Source: Candidatus Paceibacter sp. (GTDB lineage: Bacteria > Patescibacteriota > Minisyncoccia > UBA6257 > 02-FULL-45-10c). Taken from it: a stretch of DNA of 64,000 bases. A program made the translations under genes and the position numbers. The first letter of the stretch is position 1. Every line of letters starts with the position of its first letter. Shown here in pieces: positions 37,976 to 46,375 of this stretch. The notes below the pieces were generated by a model, which made no database searches, was not told the origin of the DNA, and saw nothing but the letters and a program-made list of their open reading frames with translations. Where the stretch lies: NCBI GenBank assembly GCA_020724845.1, contig DYGE01000002.1:35961-99960 (forward strand), in the 5' to 3' direction.

Positions 37976-40168
37976 ATGCATTCTACTTATAAAAAATTTG
38001 CCCTTGGCTTGGCAAAGGCCGGACTCTTTATAGTTCCATTTATACCCTTGTACGTATCAAGGTCTTTATTTTTTCCTTACATCACCGGCAAGGCTTTTAT
38101 TTTCAGGCTCGTCGTGGAGGCTGCCTTTGCGGCCTGGATATTTTTAGCGATTTTTTATAAGGAATATCGTCCGCGGAAATCATATCTTTTATTGGCAATC
38201 GGGATTTTTGTTTCAGTCGTAACTTTGGCAACCATTTTTGGGGTTAATCCTTGGCGTAGCTTTTGGTCAAACTTTGAGCGAATGGAGGGATTGCTGGCCC
38301 ACTTGCATCTTTTTGCCTACTTTTTAGTTCTGGGGCACGTTTTCAAAAGAAAAGATTGGCTGATTTTCCTTAACCTTTTTGTCATTGCCGGATTGGGCGA
38401 AAATATTTACGCGCTTATCCAGAAACTCGGATATCTACCTTCGCCGCAGGGCGGATTCCGGGTAGACGGCACGATTGGCAATCCGACTTATCTTTCCGCT
38501 TATTTAATTTTTGTCGCCGCTTTCTGTTTGTGGCTTTTTCTAGAGGCCAAGAATAAGTCTGCTAAGTATTTTTACGCTTTTGTCGGCCTATTTTCACTTC
38601 TTTCTATATACTTTACCGCCACCAGGGGAGCGGCTGTCGCTTTGGTTGCCGGCGGATTCTTGGCGGTATTGCTTTATCTGATTTTTATCAAGGCCGATAC
38701 GGAGCAGAAAAGGCTGCATAAAAAATTCGCCGTGGTTTTTTTGGCTCTTCTCATTTTGATCCCAGCCGCCATTAAGCTTTCCGCGGACACTTCTTTCGTC
38801 AAAAATAATGAGGTTCTTTCCCGATTCGCGTCTATTTCTTTTTCTGAAGCGAAAACCCGGTTCACTATTTGGGAAATGGGCTGGCAGGGGGTCAAAGAAA
38901 GGCCGGTTCTCGGTTGGGGGCCGGAGAATTATGCGGTAATTTTCGCCAAACATTATAACCCCTCGCTTTATTCTCAAGAGCCGTGGTTTGACCGTTCGCA
39001 CAACATAGTTTTTGACTGGCTCATTAATGCCGGCATTTTAGGACTCTTGTCTTATCTGGGAGTTCTATTGGCGGCTTTTTATATGATTTGGAAGAATTAT
39101 TTGAAAAATATATTTTCTGTTGAGCTTGCGATTTTATTCTCGGTTCTTCTATCGGTATATGTTTTGCAGAACATGTTTGTCTTTGATCAGTTGGCGACTT
39201 ATTTGAGCTATTTCGCGGTTTTGGCTTATATACACAACGCAGCCACGATGCAAAAGAGGGCGGAATTAGAAGGCGCGGCCGGGGCGGATGTTCAGAAGTT
39301 CGGGCCGTTAGTTGCGGCGGGCTTGCTGGCGCTTTTGGTATTGGTTGCCTATTTTGTTAATTTTCGGCCTTATGCCGCGAACAGGAATTTACTGGATGCA
39401 TTGAAGCTTCAGAACCAGGATTTGCCCGGAGCTTTTGAGAGTTATAAAAAAGCCATGTCTTACGATACCTTGGGCCGGCAAGAAGCCAGAGAACAGTTTG
39501 CCAGATTTGCCGTTGCTATCGGTTCCTTGCCGCAGGTAGGCGCCGAGTTAAAGGACGAGGCATTGAGAAGGGCGATTACGGAGGCCGAGAAAGGAGTGGC
39601 GGAAAACGAACTTGATCCGCGGCCTTACATATTTTTGGGAAGCGTTTATAGCCGGGTTGGCCTGCTGGATCCGGCGGCCCAGGTTCTGAATAAGGCTTTA
39701 GAACTTTCTCCCAAAAAGCAGCAGATCTATTTTGAACTGGCGGATGTTTATATCAAGAAAGAAGACTATGCGACGGCGGTCAGTATTTTGGAGCGGGCCT
39801 TTAATTTTGCCCCCCGATTTGATTTGGCAAGAATGAATTTGGCTGCCGCCTATATTCTCAACGGCCAGCAGGAAAAAGCGGATCAATTATTGATAGAAGC
39901 TTACGGCAGGACCGATGTTACGGAAAGCGTTTTAGTTCAGGTTTATTCCGCCAGGAAAGATTACCAGAGGTTGGCGGGCATCTGGGGGGCTTTCGTAGAG
40001 TCGGATCCAGCCAATACGCAATACATAAAGGGACTAACTGGCGCTTATCTTCTGCTTGGCGACGAGGCCAGCGCGATTAAGACTCTGGAAGAAGGCGCTT
40101 CTGCCAACCCTGCTTTTGCGCCGGAGGCAAGCGCTTTTATCAGGCAGATTAGGTCCGGCAATTATTAA
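37976..40168 (+). CDS. O-antigen ligase (Wzy_C)-like polytopic membrane domain fused to C-terminal TPR repeats
   Basis: The first ~430 aa are highly hydrophobic, with a large periplasmic-type loop. The last ~280 aa have TPR-like A/L/Y periodicity (..KALELSPKKQQIYFELADVYIKKEDYATAVSILERAFNF..). Confidence 0.55.
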   Translation: MHSTYKKFALGLAKAGLFIVPFIPLYVSRSLFFPYITGKAFIFRLVVEAAFAAWIFLAIFYKEYRPRKSYLLLAIGIFVSVVTLATIFGVNPWRSFWSNFERMEGLLAHLHLFAYFLVLGHVFKRKDWLIFLNLFVIAGLGENIYALIQKLGYLPSPQGGFRVDGTIGNPTYLSAYLIFVAAFCLWLFLEAKNKSAKYFYAFVGLFSLLSIYFTATRGAAVALVAGGFLAVLLYLIFIKADTEQKRLHKKFAVVFLALLILIPAAIKLSADTSFVKNNEVLSRFASISFSEAKTRFTIWEMGWQGVKERPVLGWGPENYAVIFAKHYNPSLYSQEPWFDRSHNIVFDWLINAGILGLLSYLGVLLAAFYMIWKNYLKNIFSVELAILFSVLLSVYVLQNMFVFDQLATYLSYFAVLAYIHNAATMQKRAELEGAAGADVQKFGPLVAAGLLALLVLVAYFVNFRPYAANRNLLDALKLQNQDLPGAFESYKKAMSYDTLGRQEAREQFARFAVAIGSLPQVGAELKDEALRRAITEAEKGVAENELDPRPYIFLGSVYSRVGLLDPAAQVLNKALELSPKKQQIYFELADVYIKKEDYATAVSILERAFNFAPRFDLARMNLAAAYILNGQQEKADQLLIEAYGRTDVTESVLVQVYSARKDYQRLAGIWGAFVESDPANTQYIKGLTGAYLLLGDEASAIKTLEEGASANPAFAPEASAFIRQIRSGNY

Positions 40169-41607
40169 TTCCGGAGAAAAGCCAATAGCTTTTCTTTTTG
40201 GATATTCAAAGCCAAAAAATAGACTAGCGCGGCCGAAGTGATGTTTAGAATAACGTTGGCACCGGCTTGTCTTAAAAGAAAAACCAGTATTGCGGCTGCT
40301 ATAGTCGCGATTATTATTTTTTTCATCTTATTGAAGATAGAAAACTGATTTATTTCTTTCATAGAATTCCAGATGAATGCGTTGGCTATTATTTGGGTAG
40401 CGATAGTTGATATGGCGCAGCCGACTATGCCGAACTGGGGGATCAATAGAAAGTTGAAAAGCAGATTTCCGGCCGCTCCCAGCGTTGAGAAAGTTACGAA
40501 TCTTTTTTGCTGATTGTAGGCGAAGATGGAATTGCTGATGATAACCGAAGGAAAGACGATGACTAGCGTCAGCAAAAGCACCTGAAATGCGGTGACGGCG
40601 GCTTGATAGGCGGGACCGAAAAGAAGATTAATTATTTGATCCCCTAGAATAATTCCTCCAGCGGCGATAGGCAAGGCGAAAAGAAGGGCTGTCGCCAAAG
40701 AAGTCTCCAGTATCTCCCTGAATTGATGATTGTCCTGATTGGCAAGCTTGGTCAGAGTTGGAAATAGGCTGGTGGCGAATAAAGACGGCAAAACGTAGAG
40801 AAGCTGTATTGGCCGCTGGGCGGCGGAATAGAAACCGACTTCTGCCGGAGAGCGCAGCCAGCCGATCATAATTACGTCAGTATTAATCATTATTGCCCCT
40901 AGAAAACTTGCCATGGCGAACGGCCAAGATGATTTGATGATTGTCCCCGCTAAAGAGAGATCAAAATTCTTGGCAAGGTAATAAAAATAGTTCTTAAGCT
41001 GCCAAGCGATAATTAAAAATCCCAGGCCGATTGCGATTACATAACCCATTACCAGGGCGCGGCTGGTGGGCGAGATGGCTAAAAATCCGATTCCTAAAAT
41101 AGCGATGACTAGATTGGTAACTATCTCGTTGATTCCTTCCAGTTGCATTTTTTCTTTGGCTCGGCTGACGGCAAATCCAAAATTACGCAGGCTATCAAAG
41201 ACGAGAACCAAGCTGATCAATGGCAATAAACTTTTTACTTCTTCTATATTAGTCACGTAAGGTGCGCCAAAGATTAAGATGGCGCTGCCGGCAGCGAGGA
41301 GCATTATCTTAATAAAGAAAGCTGTTGAAAAATATTTGTCGCCTATTCCCGGATCCCGTACCGATTCTCTGGTGACAATCGCCCCTACTCCCATATCGGA
41401 AAAAATTGTCATGAAGGCCACTAAGCTCATGGCGTAGGAGAAAGCCCCCCAGCTGGATGGCCCGAGGATTCTGGCCGCGTAGATTACCACCGCCACCCTG
41501 ATCAATCTTCCGAAAACTTGGCCGGAAAATAGCCAAAATGTATTTTTGGCTATTTTTTGTTTCAAGCCCTGATTTTCAAAGAGGAATTGTCTGATTTTCC
41601 TTAGCAT
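40165..41607 (-). CDS. Oligosaccharide flippase (Wzx/MOP superfamily)
   Basis: 480 aa, about 12-14 predicted TM segments, with a Polysacc_synt-like N-terminus (..TFWLFSGQVFGRLIRVAVVIYAARILGP..). Confidence 0.65.
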   Translation of the reverse strand: MLRKIRQFLFENQGLKQKIAKNTFWLFSGQVFGRLIRVAVVIYAARILGPSSWGAFSYAMSLVAFMTIFSDMGVGAIVTRESVRDPGIGDKYFSTAFFIKIMLLAAGSAILIFGAPYVTNIEEVKSLLPLISLVLVFDSLRNFGFAVSRAKEKMQLEGINEIVTNLVIAILGIGFLAISPTSRALVMGYVIAIGLGFLIIAWQLKNYFYYLAKNFDLSLAGTIIKSSWPFAMASFLGAIMINTDVIMIGWLRSPAEVGFYSAAQRPIQLLYVLPSLFATSLFPTLTKLANQDNHQFREILETSLATALLFALPIAAGGIILGDQIINLLFGPAYQAAVTAFQVLLLTLVIVFPSVIISNSIFAYNQQKRFVTFSTLGAAGNLLFNFLLIPQFGIVGCAISTIATQIIANAFIWNSMKEINQFSIFNKMKKIIIATIAAAILVFLLRQAGANVILNITSAALVYFLALNIQKEKLLAFLRN

Positions 41608-41614
41608 TGCCGGT

Positions 41615-42955
41615 TTAAGTATTATTGGTGATCAGGAATTTTATGGTTTTGATAATAATCAGAAAATCCAGGAGCGGAGAATTATTTTTGAGATAGTAAA
41701 TGTCATACTGCAGTTTTTGATAGGCGTCTTCGGCCGAGGCGGCGTATCGGTAGTTGATCTGGGCCCAGCCGCTGATGCCCGGCTTGGTCAAATGCCGTAG
41801 GTCATAATAAGGCAGCTCCTTTCTTAGTTTGACGACGAATTCCGGCCTTTCCGGTCGGGGGCCGACGAAAGAAAGCTCTCCTTTCAGAATATTCCAAAGC
41901 TGAGGGAGTTCGTCTAAATGAGAGCGGCGCAATATCTTCCCGATCCAAGTCGCCCGTTCGTCTTGCTGGTAATTGGCCCATTGCGGGCCGTCTTTTTCCG
42001 CATCAACGCTCATGGTCCGAAATTTGTAGATGGTAAACTCGCGCTCGTTCTTGCCTATTCTGGTTTGTTTAAAAATCACCGGGCCCGGCGAGGTTAGTTT
42101 TATCAATATGGCTATCAATATTCCCAGAGGAAATAACAATATTCCGAGAATTAGCGCCGCGATGATTTCCATTGGTCCGTTTACCAGTTCGTAAACCTTA
42201 TGTTTGTTGACTAGGTTTTCCAGGAACCAAACTTCCTCCAGTTCTGCCAGCGGTATTTTATGGAAAATTATTTCGTACAGTCTGGATAGTTCCGTGACTT
42301 CAATCCCTAAAACCAATATTTTATAAATAAGCTTGGCAGAACGGCTGTCTTTTTTAAGGTGGGCTGGTATGACGACTGTATTTATATTGTGGGATAGGAT
42401 GATCTGGGCCAGGTGATTGAATTCTTTGTCTTCCAGCCCTTCTTTCATCCAGTAACTGATTTGATAGCCGAGTTGGGGATTATTTTGGATATGCTCTACT
42501 GCTTCTTGGGCGGTTTTATTGGAGCCGACCATTAAGACTCGGTTGGCGGCTCCGGTCTTCAATAAGATGAAATTATAAATCTGTCTCCAGAAATAATTTA
42601 TTCCTCCGAAGATGAAGAAGAATATCAACAGGTTGGTTTTTGGAGTGATGCCGAAGTAGGGGATGAGGTAGAAGAACAGCGCGGCGGTGACGATGTTAGC
42701 GACCAAGGCATACCAGTAGGCCTTCTCAAATTCTAGGCCGTTTTTCAGGAATTTAAGATCGTAGAGTCCGGCAATGTAAAATACGACGATCCAGGCCATG
42801 AACAATATGGTGAATGGATCAATGTGGGTATTGATCAGGTTAGCATAAAAAAGATCGCCGTAGCGGAGCCAGAGCGTCAGGGTAAGGGCGATATATAAGG
42901 TAGCTATGTCGCCGACCATCAGCGACACTTGTTTTATTCTAGACAAATTGTTCAT
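41615..42955 (-). CDS. Polyprenyl-phosphate sugar phosphotransferase (WbaP/Bac_transf-type priming enzyme)
   Basis: The C-terminus PGISGWAQINYRYAASAEDAYQKLQYDIYYLKN..LSFVGPRPERPEFV is the bacterial sugar-transferase domain. It has N-terminal TM helices. Confidence 0.85.
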   Translation of the reverse strand: MNNLSRIKQVSLMVGDIATLYIALTLTLWLRYGDLFYANLINTHIDPFTILFMAWIVVFYIAGLYDLKFLKNGLEFEKAYWYALVANIVTAALFFYLIPYFGITPKTNLLIFFFIFGGINYFWRQIYNFILLKTGAANRVLMVGSNKTAQEAVEHIQNNPQLGYQISYWMKEGLEDKEFNHLAQIILSHNINTVVIPAHLKKDSRSAKLIYKILVLGIEVTELSRLYEIIFHKIPLAELEEVWFLENLVNKHKVYELVNGPMEIIAALILGILLFPLGILIAILIKLTSPGPVIFKQTRIGKNEREFTIYKFRTMSVDAEKDGPQWANYQQDERATWIGKILRRSHLDELPQLWNILKGELSFVGPRPERPEFVVKLRKELPYYDLRHLTKPGISGWAQINYRYAASAEDAYQKLQYDIYYLKNNSPLLDFLIIIKTIKFLITNNT

Positions 42956-43007
42956 TTAGGTTATCATTATATTACCTATATAAAATATAACATCAATTAA
43001 CACCTAT

Positions 43008-43724
43008 ATGGATACTTCATCACAAGACAAGAAAAATCAGAGCAATATTTTTTTACCCGCCAGTATTCTAATTGCCGGCGTGCTTATTTCCGGATCGGTC
43101 ATTTATAGCACCGGCCTGAAGCAGGGAGGAGCCGGCGCCGTCCAGGAACCTGACTCCGCTGCAGAGGTTGTAGATGAATCAAAGCTGGCGCTAAATGACG
43201 AGGACGTCATTTTGGGCGATCCGAACGCTCCGGTGACTATTATTGAATACAGCGATTTCCAGTGTCCTTTTTGCGGGAGATTTTATTCCCAGTCAGAAGG
43301 CCAGATTAAAGAGAATTACATTAAAAACGGCCAGGTTAAATTTATTTATCGGCATTTTGCCTTTTTGGGTCCCGAGTCCAGGGCTGCCGCCGAGGCCGTG
43401 GAGTGCGCCAAAGATCAGGGAAATTTTTGGCAGTACCATGACCAGCTGTTTGACGAGGAGATTGCCGATGGCGCAGAGCATAATGGAAATTTGAACAGGG
43501 AATTATTTATGGAGCTTGCTGAAGCTGCAGATTTAGATTCTGCGGAGTTTGCCAGCTGTCTGGATGCCGGAAAATACTCCGAAAAGGTGGAAAGCGATTA
43601 TGCCGGGGCTCAAGCGCTTGGCGTTCGCGCTACTCCCACCATCTTTGTAAATGGAACCAAGGTTGAAGGGGCTTTGCCATTTAGTTACTTCCAGGCGCTG
43701 ATTGATTCCGAGTTGGCTAAGTAG
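43008..43724 (+). CDS. DsbA-like thiol:disulfide oxidoreductase (thioredoxin fold), membrane-anchored
   Basis: N-terminal TM segment, CPFC active site (DFQCPFCGRF) and a DsbA-like ..GVRATPTIFVNG.. motif. Confidence 0.8.
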   Translation: MDTSSQDKKNQSNIFLPASILIAGVLISGSVIYSTGLKQGGAGAVQEPDSAAEVVDESKLALNDEDVILGDPNAPVTIIEYSDFQCPFCGRFYSQSEGQIKENYIKNGQVKFIYRHFAFLGPESRAAAEAVECAKDQGNFWQYHDQLFDEEIADGAEHNGNLNRELFMELAEAADLDSAEFASCLDAGKYSEKVESDYAGAQALGVRATPTIFVNGTKVEGALPFSYFQALIDSELAK

Positions 43725-43769
43725 CTTTGTCTTGATATAATTTAATTAAATAATTAATTTTGTAGAAAT

Positions 43770-44012
43770 ATGGCGAACAAAGTAACAATTTATTCCACCC
43801 CTACTTGCGTGTATTGCAAAATGGCGAAAGATTTTTTTAAAAATAACAATGTTGAATATACGGAGCACAATGTCGCGGAGGATGACTCGGCCCGCGAAGA
43901 AATGGTCCACAAATCCCATCAGCTCGGCGTTCCGGTAATTGATATCAACGGCGAGGTATTTGTCGGTTTTAACAAAAGAGAAATCGCGAAGGCGCTGGGA
44001 GTAAGCGAGTAG
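43770..44012 (+). CDS. Glutaredoxin-like protein (NrdH/Grx family)
   Basis: 80 aa with YSTPTCVYCKMAKDFF (CxxC) and ..GVPVIDINGEVFVGFN... Confidence 0.75.
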   Translation: MANKVTIYSTPTCVYCKMAKDFFKNNNVEYTEHNVAEDDSAREEMVHKSHQLGVPVIDINGEVFVGFNKREIAKALGVSE

Positions 44013-44015
44013 GAT

Positions 44016-44942
44016 ATGTACGATTTGATTATTATTGGAGGAGGTCCGGCTGGCGCTGCCGCTGGAGTCTACGCGGCCAGGAAGAAAATAAAAACTTTAT
44101 TGATTGCCAAAGAATTTGGCGGGCAATCTTTAGTTTCTCCGGATGTTCAAAACTGGATCGGCACTAAATCTATTTCTGGACTGGAGCTAGCTCAAAATCT
44201 GGAAGAGCATGTTAGGAGCCAGGAGGGCATTGAGATTGTAGACGGCGATCTAGTTGAGGGGGTAGTTAAGTCCGATAGCGTATTCTCCATCAAAACGAAA
44301 GAAGGCAAGAGTTTCGAATCTAAAACTGTCTTAGTGGTTTCCGGCAGCCGTCGGCGCCGCCTGGGCATTCCTGGCGAAGACAAATTGGATGGCAAAGGCG
44401 TGGCCTGGTGCGCTACCTGTGATGCGCCTCTTTTTGGCGGGAAAACTGTGGCAGTGATCGGCGCCGGCAATGCTGGCCTGGAAGCGGTGCGCGATCTTTT
44501 TCCTTACGCGAGCAAGGTATATCTGATAAACCGAAGCGACAAAATTAAGGGAGACGCGGTCACCTTTGAAGAGATAAAAAAGAATCCGAAGTTGGAGATA
44601 ATCATGATGGCGGAAACTAAAGAAATTTTGGGAGATAAGATGGTTACCGGACTTAAGTATCTGGACGCGGAGAGCGGGCAGGAGAAAGAGTTGAAGCTGG
44701 ACGGTGTTTTTATAGAAATCGGATCTATCCCCAATGTTGAGTTTTTGGGAGACTTGGTTGAAAAGAATCAGTACAACGAAATTAAAGTTGATCACAAAAC
44801 CCAGCAAACCTCCCAGCCCGGTGTTTGGGCTGCTGGCGACGTTTCCGACGTTCTCTATAAGCAAAACAACATCTCCGCCGGCGATGCTATCAAGGCAGTG
44901 CTGAATATCCACGACTACTTAAATGGCGTAGAAAGAAAATAG
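44016..44942 (+). CDS. trxB: Thioredoxin-disulfide reductase
   Basis: IIGGGPAGAAAGVYAAR FAD motif, redox-active CATCDAPLF and ..VIGAGNAGLEA.. NADPH motif; 308 aa. Confidence 0.9.
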   Translation: MYDLIIIGGGPAGAAAGVYAARKKIKTLLIAKEFGGQSLVSPDVQNWIGTKSISGLELAQNLEEHVRSQEGIEIVDGDLVEGVVKSDSVFSIKTKEGKSFESKTVLVVSGSRRRRLGIPGEDKLDGKGVAWCATCDAPLFGGKTVAVIGAGNAGLEAVRDLFPYASKVYLINRSDKIKGDAVTFEEIKKNPKLEIIMMAETKEILGDKMVTGLKYLDAESGQEKELKLDGVFIEIGSIPNVEFLGDLVEKNQYNEIKVDHKTQQTSQPGVWAAGDVSDVLYKQNNISAGDAIKAVLNIHDYLNGVERK

Positions 44943-44989
44943 GTCCGAAGATAGGACTTTCTTACAATCCTTAATTTTACTTAGCCTAA

Positions 44990-45035
44990 CCTATCCCCAC
45001 TTATTCCCGCGTACGCGGGAATAAGTGGGGATAGG
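44990..45035. repeat. 46-bp perfect palindrome (hairpin) downstream of trxB, member of a 2-copy palindrome family
   Basis: cctatccccacttattcccgcgtacgcgggaataagtggggatagg is exactly self-complementary. Its core is related to the palindrome at 45632. Confidence 0.85.
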
Positions 45036-45048
45036 AAAGGTCAATTAT

Positions 45049-45609
45049 ATGCGGCAAAAAATTGGAACAATTCAAAAGAAAATTTTACTGCTTTTACTTT
45101 TGATTCCGGCAACCGGCTTAGCTTATTCGCCTCGTCAGCGAGCAAAGATATTCCGAAAATTTGGAGAAGAATGGGATAAGATCAACGAGACCGCGCTTAG
45201 CCGAGCGATTAAAGGTTTATATGAAAACAGGATGATAGATTTTCAAGAACATAAAAGTGGAAAGATTAGGATTACTCTACTTAACGATGGGAAAAAGAAG
45301 GCGTTAGAATATGATTTGGAAAATTTAGCGTTGAAAAAACCTAAGCGCTGGGACGGAAAGTGGAGAATGATATTATTTGATATTCCTAATACCAAGAGTA
45401 AGGCGAGAGAAGCGATCCGCTATCATTTGAAGAGATTGGGTTTCTATCGATATCAGAAGAGCATATTCGTGCACCCTTACCCATGCAGGGACGAACTTGA
45501 TTTTGTGATTGAATTATACGGAATAAGGCTGCATGTGCGTTATATAGTCGCCGAGGAAATAGACAACGATATTCATCTTAGGAAAGTATTCAGAGCTTTA
45601 ATAGCTTAA
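45049..45609 (+). CDS. PaaX-family transcriptional regulator, short form
   Basis: N-terminal wHTH-like region and the PaaX-diagnostic ..RWDGKWRMILFDIP.. (compare E. coli PaaX AWDGKWLLLL). The ORF-track start at 45025 lies inside the palindrome, so the ATG at 45049 is preferred. Confidence 0.55.
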   Translation: MRQKIGTIQKKILLLLLLIPATGLAYSPRQRAKIFRKFGEEWDKINETALSRAIKGLYENRMIDFQEHKSGKIRITLLNDGKKKALEYDLENLALKKPKRWDGKWRMILFDIPNTKSKAREAIRYHLKRLGFYRYQKSIFVHPYPCRDELDFVIELYGIRLHVRYIVAEEIDNDIHLRKVFRALIA

Positions 45610-45631
45610 TTTAATGTTTATATCGAACAAA

Positions 45632-45681
45632 AAACATCCCTACCTATTCCTGCGTACGCAGGAATAGGTAGGGATGTTTTA
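45632..45681 (+). terminator. 50-bp perfect palindrome ending in a T-run; likely intrinsic terminator of the PaaX-like gene and second member of the palindrome family
   Basis: aaaacatccctacctattcctgcgtacgcaggaataggtagggatgtttt. It shares the core tattcc(c/t)gcgtacgc(g/a)ggaata with 44990..45035, with a compensatory c:g to t:a change. Confidence 0.6.
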
Positions 45682-45783
45682 AAGATGCGAGAAAAGATAT
45701 GAGATACGAGAGGGGCGACAAGGGAAGGGTTGACCTCGTTAGAGACCGCGAGGGCACACAGCGCGCCCTTGTCTCTAACGGGG

Positions 45784-45811
45784 TTGACTTTTTTGGGGGA
45801 TTGAATATAAT
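45784..45811 (+). promoter_or_regulatory. Sigma70-like promoter candidate (TTGACT-16-TATAAT)
   Basis: TTGACT at 45784-45789, a 16-nt spacer and TATAAT at 45806-45811, 27 bp upstream of the ORF at 45838. Confidence 0.5.
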
Positions 45812-45837
45812 AATAAGCGATTTATTTATCAGGGATT

Positions 45838-46365
45838 ATGGAAAGTAATTTCAACCAAAATAACGGAGAGGGCGTTGTCTCTAAGAAACGCTTTTTTATT
45901 TTTGCGGGAGTTTTGGTCAGCGCGGTCGTTTTGCTGGCCAGCAGTTTGTATTGGTATCAGTGGTATAGCGACCCGGACCGCTTGGAACTGAAAGCTTTCC
46001 AAGACTATCAAAAACAGGTTGAGGAAGCTTATAAAAACGATACTTATGGAGGAGCGACCCCGGAAGAAACTTTGCGTCTTTTTATAGAAGCACTGAAAGC
46101 AGAAGACATTGAGCTTGCGAGCAAATATTTTGCCTTGGATGACAATTTGAGTAGGTATAAGTGGGTGGAGTTTTTGGAGAATATTAAGCAGAGGGAGTTG
46201 TTGCAGGTTATGGCGAATGATATCGAATCCAAGGCTGTATCTGTCGGGGCCTCTTATGAAGGAAACTATGCTTTCGAAATCTATAATAATGACGGGACGG
46301 TCGCTGTTACGATTGAGTTAACTAAGAATCCTTATTCCAATATTTGGAAAGTAGAAAGTCTATAG
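45838..46365 (+). CDS. Hypothetical membrane-anchored protein
   Basis: 175 aa with an N-terminal TM helix (FIFAGVLVSAVVLLASSLYWY) and no recognisable catalytic motif. Confidence 0.5.
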   Translation: MESNFNQNNGEGVVSKKRFFIFAGVLVSAVVLLASSLYWYQWYSDPDRLELKAFQDYQKQVEEAYKNDTYGGATPEETLRLFIEALKAEDIELASKYFALDDNLSRYKWVEFLENIKQRELLQVMANDIESKAVSVGASYEGNYAFEIYNNDGTVAVTIELTKNPYSNIWKVESL

Positions 46366-46375
46366 ATTAGGAAAT

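Noticed and set aside
44990-45681. Possible CRISPR repeats / Cas2-like gene (palindromic ~46-50 bp repeats flanking a small gene with an ..ILFDIP..RLGFYRYQKSIFV.. segment).
   Set aside because: Only two copies are present. Each is a complete perfect palindrome rather than a direct repeat, and there are no spacers at regular intervals. The protein carries the PaaX-diagnostic WDGKW motif and a wHTH, so a PaaX-like regulator is the better call.
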